Shown here one piece after another: positions 11,851-23,800 of a stretch of DNA of 64,000 nucleotides. The notes under the pieces are model-generated. The model was not told where the DNA came from. It did no database searches and was given only the letters and a program-made list of their open reading frames with translations. Source of the stretch: Aplysia californica. Taxonomy: Eukaryota. The stretch spans positions 689,169 to 753,168 of the forward strand of contig NW_004797388.1 of assembly GCF_000002075.1 (NCBI RefSeq), written 5' to 3'. Position 1 is the stretch's first letter. Each line of letters begins with the position of its first letter. Both the position numbers and the translations under genes were made by a program.

Positions 11851-14800
11851 GTAAGTTAAAATAAAAATGTCAGTATTTATTTTTGTTATTATTTACTTTT
11901 GCTAATTGCATGAAAACTGTTTTGTTCTACTCTCTAATTCAATAACCATCTTTCATGTTGACTCTTTATGCTCTGATGTAGGATTTCTGTGATATTTAAG
12001 TCTCTAAATTTTTAGTTTTCACTCGAAAAAGAAAAATGTTGAGGAAGTGAAGTGTTCATACATGATTATCATCATTGATCTGTGATGACTTGTATCTGGG
12101 AGATTTTGAACTTTTATTTCATATTTCAGGAAGAATTTGATGAAGAAGAAGATGAAGAGGAAGAAGCTAGACCGAGGAAGAAAAAACGGAAAGGAGCCCT
12201 TGGGTTCATCATTGAAGAAGCTGGTAAGAATAGAAAAGAAATAAAGTCAATTATGGCATGTGTTCTGGGCCTAAGCAGCTCAGCTCGGGGGAATAAATAT
12301 TATATAATATTGTATTCTTTGAGGGAAGACAAGGACTATGCAGAGGTGGTTGGAATTATTTTGAGTAAGTATGCACAAAAGTCATTTAGAGGATGGGAAC
12401 CACAGGGGGAGAGGATCATCATGGCTTCATTCACTACAAGGAATAAGAGCATCAAGATGAACATAATTCTGATCTATGCCCCAACAAATGAAGCCTGGGA
12501 TGAAGACAAGGATGCTTTTTACAGCCATCTCCAGGGGGTCATCGACAAACTACCAAGGAAGGATGTCTACATCATAATGGGAGATTATGCCAAGATTGTT
12601 CACAACAACATAGACTATGAGGTAATCATGGGACAACATGGCTTGGGACAAATGAATGAGAACGGAGAGCGTTTTGCAAATATCTGTGCTTTCAACAGTT
12701 TTGTCATTGGAGGCTCTGTTTTTCCCCCACAAGAGGATCCACAAGGCTACTTTGGTATCACCGAATGGCGTGACGGAGAACCAGATTGATCATTTTTGTA
12801 TCTCATCTAGGTTCAGGCGTTCACTGGAAGATGTCACAGTACAGAGAGGTGCAGATGTTGGATCGGATCATCATCTGCTGTTAGCAAAACTCAATCCGTC
12901 TCAAAAAGCACGGAACCAGAATAGGAACCAAAAGAACGAAGTTCCAAGTAAGTGTCATAGATGGACACAAGAAAGAGGAGTTTTAACTGCAGTTGAACAG
13001 ATTTCAACCCTTGGCGGATCTTGGTGAGGAGGACATGGAGGTGGAGATACACTGGACCAAGGTCAAAGAAGTCTTTACTTCAACATGTCAAGAAATACTT
13101 GGTGAGAAACTATTGGAGCACAAGGAATGGATTAGCAAATGGTCATTGGATTTGATTAGCACTAGAAGGCAATTGAAAGCAGAGACAAAAGCAAGTAGAA
13201 CAAGGGGATCAAAAGCGGATGCATTGGAGCAGTACAGGACAACAGCTAAAGATGTAAAGAGATCATTAAGAAAAGACAAGGTGGAATTCATGAACAGGCT
13301 GGCAGAGGAAGCAGCAGCAGGAGGGAACATGCAAATCCTTTACCAGACTACAAAGACTTTTTCTGGAAAATATGGGAAACCAGAAGTAACAGTAAAGGAC
13401 CAAGAGGGAAAAACCATTTTTTGAAAGGATGCTCAGTCAAGACGATGAGTAGAGCATTTCAACAGTCTACTGAACAGACCACCACCAAGTAACCCGCCAA
13501 ACATCCTGCCAGCAAGAAATGAGTTACCATTGTGCTGTGATGCTCCATCAAAACAAGAGATTATGGATGCCATTAGGAAGCTGAGCAATGGTAAAGCGGC
13601 CAGTCCTGATCAGATTTCACCTGAGGCCCTGAAAGCAGATACCAATGTGACGGCAGACCTCCTTCTCCCATTGTTGAGCAAGATCTGGAATGAGAACGAG
13701 TTCCCAATAGATTGGAAAGAAAGACACCTTGTGAAGCTTCCTAAAAAGGGGGATCTCAGCAACTGCAGCAACTACCGAGGAATCACTCTTCTCTCAATAC
13801 CAGGTAAGGTCTTCAACAGAAGCATTTTGGAGAGGATCAAGTCCCCAACAGATCCACAACTTCGGGATGAACAGGCTGGTTTTCGGAAAAATCGGTCAAC
13901 CATGGACCAGATTGCCACGCAGCGGATCCTTGTGGCACAGTCCCTGAAGTGGAACTCCCTGTTGATCGTCAACATTTTTGACTATGAGAAGGCCTTTGAC
14001 AGTATAGACCGAACAACACTGTGGAAGATACTGAGAAATCACGGAATCCCACTGAAGTTGGTTAACCTCTTCAGGAGCATGTATGAAGGGACGAGTTGCA
14101 GGATTATACATGATGGCCAGCTCCTTGACAGCTTTGACATCAAGACTGGTGTTTGACAGGGATGATAACTATCACCTTTCCTCTTTATCTTGGCAATTGG
14201 CTGGCTGATGGATGAGGGAAGCCACCAGAGGACACAGAAACGACGTACAGCGGACACCATGGACACAGTTGGACGATCTGGATTTTGCAGATGACTCGGC
14301 GCTTCTGTCACTCACTCAGGAACAGATTCAAGCAAAGACCACAGTTTCAAACAGCCTATCTATCAGAGTCTGTTGAATTGAGGATCCACCCTGGAAAGTC
14401 AAAAGTCCTAAGGATAGATGCACTACGAAAGGAGCAAGTCACAGTAGAGAGAAATGCACTAGAAGTAGAAGACTTCAAATCCATTTGCTATTTTTGGAGT
14501 ATAATTGACAGAAAGGGAGGAACAGGGGCTGAAATAAAATCCCATATTGTAAAGGCACAGACTGCATTTATTTCTTTGGACAGGATTTGGAGGACCAGGG
14601 ATATCTCACTATGAACAAAGCTGAGAATTTTTAACCTAAATGTGAAGTCAGTCCTGTTGTATGGATGTGAGACATGGAATGCATCTCAGACATGCATAAA
14701 GAGGATCCAGGTTTTCTTGAACAAGTGTCTGAGGAAGATACTGAGGATCAGATGGACAGACAGGATCACCAACGGGGAAGTATTTAGAAGAACGAGACTG

Positions 14801-17800
14801 AGCCCAGTCAGAGATGAGGTGGGAAGAAGACGCTGTCGGTGGATTGGACACACTTTTCAGGAAGTCAAGCAGCTGCTTAACAAGGAAAGTGTCTGATTGG
14901 AACACACAGGGTAAAAGATCAAGGGGAAGACTACGTGGAACCTGGAGAAGAGTCACGGAAATGGATGTACAGAAAAGTGGGAAGACATGGAGTTACATCA
15001 AGCAACTTGCCCAGGATCGGGAAAGGTGGAAAGTGTTTGTTCGTGGCCTATATCCTGATCCAGTGTGAAAAAAGCAATGATGATGATGTCATGTGTTATT
15101 CACAATTTATGTTTCTTCAGGGCGTTGGTGTGTCCATTATACTGACTTTTTTTTTGTGGCTATGACCATAAGAATGTAAGGCGTACCTTCAGCATCAGTG
15201 TCGCTGGTCATTCTCTGCTCAATTTGTGTCAAGCTATGCTGTCAAATGGGAAAGATGAATGCTCTCAGATGATGTCAAAGTTCAGAGGAGTGCGATATAT
15301 TTTAAGATAAATGCAAATCAGAACTCCAGCCATAATGTAAATGGTATGGTTCATGAGAAAAGGGTATCTGTCAATGTTGGTTAAGCAGTTTAAAGATTCG
15401 CATGTGCATTCGCAGGTGGTTGGTGGGTGCTCTTATGTGGTTAGCTTTTTCTTTCCTATCAAACATCTGTTGTCCTCATCTCTCCTCGTACTTTTTCATA
15501 CTTGTTACTCTCTTGTAACATCTCTAATATGCGGCACTTCCGCGACCTAATTCTGTTGCAAGTGCAGTAAAACACTTGTTAAAACAAAAAGCATGTGCAT
15601 CCTTTTTCTTTGCAAAACTATGAAATGAGGTTAAACTTACTTTGTAAAATCAACTCCTGTATGCTACTGAAATTGACTCTTTTTTTCTTTTTCTTTTCCA
15701 GATGTTGATGATGAGGATGATGAAGATGATGTTGAGTGGGAAGATGGTGCTGAAGAGATCATTGATCGCAAGTCTTCATATGATCCAACTGAAAGAGAAA
15801 TTGAGAGCCATCAGAGGCTCAGGCATATTTGGGAGTAAGTGTTGTCGTTCAAGTATCATAAATCGTAAAAGTTGTACTGTATGTCTCTTGACAGTTCTAT
15901 GCTCTGTGTCTGAGGGGAATATTTTCACTCTGTCAGTGCACCCACCTGTTAGTTTGTTTAGAAACCAGGCAAACAAAAGCCTTGCTATGCCAAGCATTTT
16001 GATTTATATTTGTTGGGAGACTGTCAAACTAATTTCTGTGCCAACTAATTTTTTGACAGCTCTGCTATAAATTCTGTTAGCTGCTGAATGCTTTTAAGTT
16101 AACTTCACTAATGGAGTAATCAGGAAGGGTACAAGAAGTATTTTCATTATTTCTGAATACATATTATAGTTTTGGTTGATATTCTCATTTCAAGAGCTCT
16201 TTGTCTTGAGGCGTAATTTTTTTTCAAGATTGAGATGCGTGCTGTGATGTGAATTTTTCAGAATACAAGTGTTACTGATGAACCACTATTTATTTTTGCT
16301 CTCATTCAGGAGCCAGCGTGAAGATGAGATTGAACAGTACTACCGTCAGAAGTTTGGAAATGTGTCTACTGCCGAGAGATACGGAGAGGGTGAGGAGATG
16401 TCTGATGAGATCACACAACAGGGACGACTGCCAGGTGTCAAGTGAGGACTTTTCTTTCTGGATTGATAACAACATAACAAAAAGGGCTTTTCTTTTTACC
16501 ATGATTGAACTGAGTTTTAATAATGGTAGTAATAGTAATAATGATATCCACACTCTACAGCATGCCCTGTGCGTTTTATAAACATTATTACCTCAGCCGA
16601 CCCTAGAACACTCGGAGACATTCTCGGCTTCCCAGGAAGCATACACTGTTTCTTCTGAAACAAAATTTCAGTGACTATATATTAGTTTTTGTTTTTCTTG
16701 TGCTTTTGTCTATTTCCCAGTTCAGTGATATTGATTTAAAGCATGCCAAAGAGCTGTTCTCTCAGGTTTCTTTTTTTTGGCTGATAGTGTCCAATTCTAA
16801 GACAGTTTTGGCATCAGTAATGGATGACACATGAATGCACCGGAAAATAAGATAAGATAATACTTCACGACCCCAGTGCTTTCTTTTTGCATTTCCATTC
16901 TTTTAAACAATAGAAATGTGTCCTTTTTCTTATGCTCACTCTTTATTATGAACTGTTTCCGCTATTAAAAATGGAGATTCGACAAGAAAGCATTGAGGTC
17001 GTGACTTTATTGTCCCTTTCAGAAATTTTCTGTGGCTGTACAGGAATGGTAAAACAATGTAGATACATGGAATTTAGATTGCATATTACTTTCATGAAAG
17101 AATTTCAATATGAAGAGAAAAATAAAGCTGACAATATTACAGCAGGTCACATCAGATGCATCTCTCAAGTCACTTGCTGGAATATATCACATATTTTGAA
17201 ATTTACATAGATATATTCATATGATATATTATGTGCATTGATCAAATAACAATAATACACATTAATATTCACTTCGACAAAGCCATGGTAGGAAACTTCC
17301 ATTATCATTATGTCTTTCGTATTTGATTCTTGGTGTTATGTATCTGCCATTTATGTCTTTCTTATTTGATTCTTGGTGTTATGTATCTGCCATTGGGTCA
17401 TCTTAAAATTTCCTTGGAAAGGGGGTGTGATGGGTCTGCCATATTTGCTATTCTTTTCCAGGGATCCCAACTTGTGGGTGGTCAAATGTCGCATGGGAGA
17501 AGAGAAAGCCACAGTGGTGCACATTATGAGGAAAATGATAGCCTATCAGTTCACAGATGAGGTAAGATCTGTGGACGAGTTATTGTGTATTTTATTTGGA
17601 TTTCTCCAGTTTCGCTCTGGTGATCTTAGATCGTTTTGCACCAGCAATATATTGTAAAAGAAGAATTAGTGTAAGGAGACCAAATTGTCCTGACTGTGTC
17701 AGCTCTGGGAGAGCAGCAGGGTCTGTGACTCTTTTGAGGAATTTGAAATAGGTGTTCCAGAATGAGTTCGATTAGATGGTGAACTAGAGGTCATAAAGTA

Positions 17801-20800
17801 TATTGCAGAAAAATTTAGAGATGATCATTGGAAGTATTTAAACATGGAAAGAACCAAGGTAGGTCTAATAGTTACTGGTAAAGGAGGGTAAAAAAGCTTT
17901 TAAAAACTAGTCAAACTGGTTCACTTTTTTTCCAAACCATATTATGTTGAAAGACATAGTTTATTGTTCTGTGTAGGACTTGGGTTCTGTTTTAAAAGGG
18001 AAGACTTCTGAAAGTGAAACTTTGAGACTCCAGGGCTTGCCAAGGGCTGGGGGTTTGGGTATGTTACATGTTGGCTAATGCCTGTTTTCTGTTCAGGCTA
18101 GTAAAAACTGACCAAATACTTGCCTGAATTGTAAAAAGAAATTTTTTGGACAGATATGAGTTTTTGGGGGGTTTTTTTGTCATTGTTGTACCAGTGTTGC
18201 TCATAATTCTGCCTCTCTTTTTCAGCCTCTGCAAATCAAGTCCGTTGTGGCCAAAGAAGGACTGAAAGGTTACATCTACATTGAATCTTATAAACAGACC
18301 CACGTGAAACATGCGATTGAGGGCATTGGAAATTTGAGGATGGGGTACTACAAACAGCAGGTTGGAAAATCTGAGTGTTGTGTATGAATTGTGTGCATAC
18401 AAACTCGGGTGTCGGAATGTTTGTATATTGGCAAGAGCGTTTGTGCTCCTTCTTTTGTTTGTTTCTTCTTTACTGAATGTCCCCATATGTTTATCATGAT
18501 ATTTGTGCCTTTTCTCTGAAACCAGAAGTGTTTGGGCTTGAAGTACCATATCATATTGGCTGAAGTCAGTTTTTGTAGTTGCACCATGAACTTCTCAGGT
18601 TTTGGGAGTTGTTTTTTTTACCGTGAACTTCCCTCTTTAAAGTACTGATGTAATGGTCTATTTTGACATGCTTCCATGATCTAGGATGAAATTCTGAAGT
18701 TCTAACTTGTAACATTGTTTGATTTGACTTCATTTCGAAGTCGCAATTTTTAAACCTTATAAAAAGATGTTTTTTTCACTTGGATGTATTGTAAGCTCAG
18801 ACAGATTTGAATGAAACTTTAATATTACTAAGTAATAGCAAGTGCAGTTTCATATGAAATACCACTTCTGACATTAACATCCTCGTCCCTTGTATTTAGA
18901 TGGTTCCCATCAAAGAAATGACGGATGTGTTGAAAGTGGTGAAGGAGACAGCTAGCCTTAAGCCCAAGGCATGGGTGAGACTCAAGCGAGGTGTGTTCAA
19001 AGATGATCTTGCACAGGTGAGTTTCACTTTTGGCTCTTAATGTATTGTAGAAAAACAGAAGGGAGGGTCTGGTTGGAAAAAAAAAACCTACTAGAGGCGC
19101 CCTTTGCCTCCTGTCATAAAACTGTTGTCAGGGACACATTGTGCTGATACTGTTGTCATGCCTGCACTGAGAGTGAGGACTGTGTTTTGTATTTCTTGAC
19201 AGACATTCTAAGTGGTGCCTATAGTTGCCGTTATCCATCACTGTTCCGGAAACTTTGTCCTTCCATAAGGCTTGATCTGTTGTAGCCTCAGTCTGTTTTA
19301 CTTTTAAAAAATAGTGGAAGGGGTATGCTGCCTGCCCGCCCTTCCATTCCCCCACCCCTTAGGTAGTTACAGTAAGAAAAGGGTGTTTGAAACTTAGTTT
19401 TGACAGTTTACATATCTTTTTTAGCGGGTCTGACCAAATTAATGAAAGTACTTACTTTCACAATATTTGAGTGAAGACGAGTGACATCAACACTCAGATT
19501 GCAATGTACAGTGTGTTTTGTCCGTCACTCCTATACAGAACAGTGAAGTGCATCAAAGTTTATTTTTAATTGTTTCTAAGTAACCACATTAACTTTTCTC
19601 TTTTTGTTAATTGTAAAAATTGATTGTCTCATGTTTTTTCTTTTATGGTCATCTCTGTAGCTTGCTGTCATCTCTATATTCATGTCTGTGTTGCTTCCAG
19701 GTTGATATCGTGTACCCCTCTCAAAATGAGGTTGATTTAAAACTAATCCCTCGAATCGATTACACCCGTCTTCGTGGGATCATGCGCACAACGGCGAGTC
19801 AAGAGCAACAGAAGAAGAGAAAACGGCGTCCGCCTCAGAAACTTTTTGATGTGGATGCCATCAGGTGAGATGAGAAGGATGTTTGCGTTTGAGCTTAACT
19901 CACTTTATTTGCTTAAAATGTTAGTTGCTTTTGTTAACTACCGTGTAATGGATTTATTTTAACTTGTGGTGTAATGGATTCATTTTAACTCGTGATATAA
20001 TGGATATATTTTATTTCCAAACTGATAGCCGGAAGCCAGTGTCTCACAACACTTTTCAGTGGACAGCAGCTTAGCAGAATGATCAAAATGAAATGACGTC
20101 CTTTCTGTTGTCATTCCAAATCAGGTTTGGGTATTTGTTTAGCTCTAGACTGTCCACATGTTGTCCACAATTTGTGACACTGTTACCATTATTGCCTGGG
20201 GGTAATTTCAGTTGTTGAATATTGTAGCTATATAAGCTTTGCCATCTGAACAAAGGTAGAAATTGTGTATATGTAAATAGGTTTGCACAATGTGGGGTCT
20301 GCTGAAAGCTATGGTTATTGAAATATAGAAGTTTGTTCTTCTCTACAGATCTATAGGTGGAGATTTTACCTCTGATGGTGACTTCCTCATGTTTGAAGGC
20401 AACAGATATGACAGGAAAGGCTTCCTCTTCAAAGTCTTCGCCATGTCAGCTATTGTGAGTCCTGCTTCCTCCTTTTCATTATGAACTATTTGATACTTTA
20501 AAATTAAGAGAACTTTGTATTATTTTAATCATGTTTGGTGAAGAAGCTGAATGGAACAATTGAAAGAGTAACCATGAACAATATACAGTGAAGTTCATTG
20601 ATGGGATTATGGTCAGAAAAACTTGACAAGAACACTCTAAATGGATCAATGCATGTTCTTAAGGTTTACAGATTACTTGTATCACTCTTTTTGAAAGAGT
20701 GGTTTACCATGCCCAATTTTAAAGGCTATTTTTTAAATGTTCATTGATAGTTTTACCTAAACATTGATGCTAAGTTTTCTTTTGGTTGTCAAGCTGAAAC

Positions 20801-23800
20801 ATTGCCATCTGTGTCTGCAATCTTGACGACTTGTACAATGGACTGGACAAATGAATGTTTTCGTTGTTCAATGGATAGTCTGCTAGGGGTATACGTTATG
20901 TAAATACAATAGTGTGCTGTAATTATTATTTGGGAGAGAAAGTATGGGTGTAAAATAGCAGAGGGGCTACTCTATGACACAAAAATATCTTGCTGTTCTC
21001 AGATTGCTGAAGGTGTAAAGCCAACTCTGGCAGAACTGGAGAAGTTTGAGGACCAGCCCGAGGGCATGCAAGTTGAGTGTATCCTTTGACAAACTCATGA
21101 TACAGGTCATGAAGACATTGTGCGTGGATAACTCGAAATGTTCTCAGTGGGTGGTTGGTGGGTATTCTATTGTGGTTTGCTCCTTCTTTCTTCTCAGATA
21201 TCTGTTGTCCCTGTCTCTCCTCCTTTTTGTGTGTATGTTACTCTCTTGTAACACTTCTAATCTTTGGCGCTGATATGGCCTAATTGTGTTGCAAGTCCCA
21301 TAAAACTTGTTTTAAGATTTTCTCAACTCTTTCTTCACAGCACTTGTCTTAGAGTAGGTAAGATTGTGCTCGTAGTCTTCTGAAATAAAGGGACACCCGT
21401 CCAAAGTTCACATGTGCTATCATGCTGATTGTTTTATACGCAGTTATGTTGCAATAAATGGAAAAAGAACAGTAGTTCTACTATTGTAACTTGCCCTGAG
21501 AAGATTCCTAGTTAATTTGTATTTAAAAACTGAAGAAACTGGAGTCGCTTTGAAAATGGGGAGAAGCATGTCATACTCTTGTTGTAAAGAATGGCCATAA
21601 GTTCTTTGCTAGGGGGGGGGGGGTTACTGGTGTACTGTAAAACTTTCTTTTTGTGTCTGAATTGGTCTTGAGGTTTATAATGTAAGTCACTCTATGCTAT
21701 TGTATTCAACCTTTTAGTCCCTTAAAGTGACACCGCCCAGTTTTGCAACTGATTTAGATAAAAGTAGATACTTGCTGCTGGTCTGTGACACTAACTTAGC
21801 TTTGTGAAACATTGCCGTCGAATACTTTTTTTTTACTCTTTACTTCTCTGAAAAGTGTAGAACAGTGTGTACTATTACTGAGAAACCAGTTTCCCCACTT
21901 CTGAAAGGTGCTTTTTTTATGCACTTTTGCTGTTTGTTTTTTAGAGCCTTTCAAAACATAACTGGTTGCAGAGTCATTCTGACCTATATCCTCATGATCA
22001 GAACTGTTTTTGAATGAGTGTGCTTGTATTTAAATTTCTCTATGATGAAATTTCTGTCGAGAGGTTTAGTTGAGAAAAAATGCATCGACCCTGTAGTTGA
22101 GATTGAGTTAGGCTCTAAGTATTGTGGTCCTTAACCATTAAATTCAGTGGTTCCAGAAAAGTCAGAGAATGAGATTGCCCACAACTTTGCCCCGGGCGAC
22201 TCTGTGGTTGTTTCCGAGGGTGAGTTGCTGAACCTGCAGGGTAAAGTGATCCGAGTGGATGGCAACAAGATCACCATCATGCCCAGGCACGAGGAGCTCA
22301 AGGTAAGAAGGCTGAGTGGGTTGTTGGTGGGTGCGCTGGTGCGGTTTGCTCCTTCTTTTCGATCAAACATCTATTATCCTTTTTGGGGTTTGTTACTCTC
22401 TTGTAACACCTCTAATCTTTGGCACTTATTAGACCCAATTGTATTGCAAGTGCAGTAATACTTTTACTAAGACAGAAAAAAGAAGGCTGACTGCTGCCAC
22501 TGGCCATGTATTTGTGGACCATGTGATGACAGGTGTGTGCATGTACAAGCCTCCGTGTGCAGTGGTTACGTGTTTGGTTTCCCTTTTCGATTTCGAAACA
22601 TGTATGGTTGTTTGCGCATATGGGAGAGAGTTTTTCGTTACAAGGTATATTTTTGTAGCAAGTGGCTATTCTCCGGCGTCGCGCCGGTCAATAGATCAGA
22701 AGCTATTCTCCGGCGCCGCGCCGCCAGTCTATTACTAATAATTTGTCGGCGCAGATTTGAAAATACCTCTCTCATCTGTTTGTCTTGGAAAAAAATTCCC
22801 ACAACTTTAACACTTCGAGCCACTTCCATTGATCTAGAGACGATAGGTTTTCAGACACAAACTGCCCCAATTCCTCCAATTTAGAATTATGTTAGGTGCA
22901 AGAAGAAACATGTTCACAACTATTGACGCGAGTTCATAACAAAGAGTGAGCATAAGAAGGAGTCACATTTTCACTGTTTACAAAAATGGAGATACGACAA
23001 GAAAGCACTGAAGTCGCGACATTATATCAGTTAAATTGATCTAAAATTACAACAAGAAATAAGTTAAACAGCAAGCTATACTATATGACTGGACACAAAA
23101 TCAATTTTGTTCGTTTAAATAAACGGAGAACAGCTTCCAATCTATTGACCAGCGCGACGCCGGAGAATAGCCACTTGCATATTTGTAAGATATTCCCACA
23201 AGGATTGGAGTGGGTGCTTTATAACTGTTGCTTGTGTTTTATTATTGTTTTCATGAGAATTAGGCTCTGCTAGCTACAACAGGCACTATCTTTGTCATTT
23301 AATAGCATGAAGTTTGCTTTGTGATTGACAGGTGCTCTGGTGTAGTTTGCTCCTTCTTCTCTCTCAAATTTCTATTGTTCTTATCTCTCCTTTTCTGTGT
23401 ATTTTACTTTATGTAACCTAATTATGCTGCAAATACTGTTAAAGTCTTACTAAGCGTTAACTAAAATTTGGCCTTGGTTGTGAACAGCTACAAATAATTT
23501 TTCAACTTAAAAGTCTTTCAGTGTGGGTGGTTGACGGGTGCACTGGTGTGGTTTGCTTCTTCTTTCCTTTCAAACATCTATCGTCATTATATCCCCTACT
23601 TCTTTTTTGTGTTTGTTACTCTCTTGTAACACCTCTAATCTTCGGCACTTATATGACCTTATTGTGTTTCAATACCGTAAAACACTTACTAAACAAACAA
23701 GTCTTTCTGTGTGAATTGTGTATAAATCTTCCAGTATTTTTTCTTAAAGTAAGCCGATGAGATTAGCTTTCTTGTTTACCTGAAATGCTTTTTATAGGTA

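Noticed and set aside
12265-15089. Active autonomous LINE
   Set aside because: Multiple stops and frameshifts in all RTE copies, and the 5' ends are missing.
16244-16281. Intronic C/D snoRNA (gtgatgt...ctga)
   Set aside because: Imperfect C box, too short, and no terminal stem.
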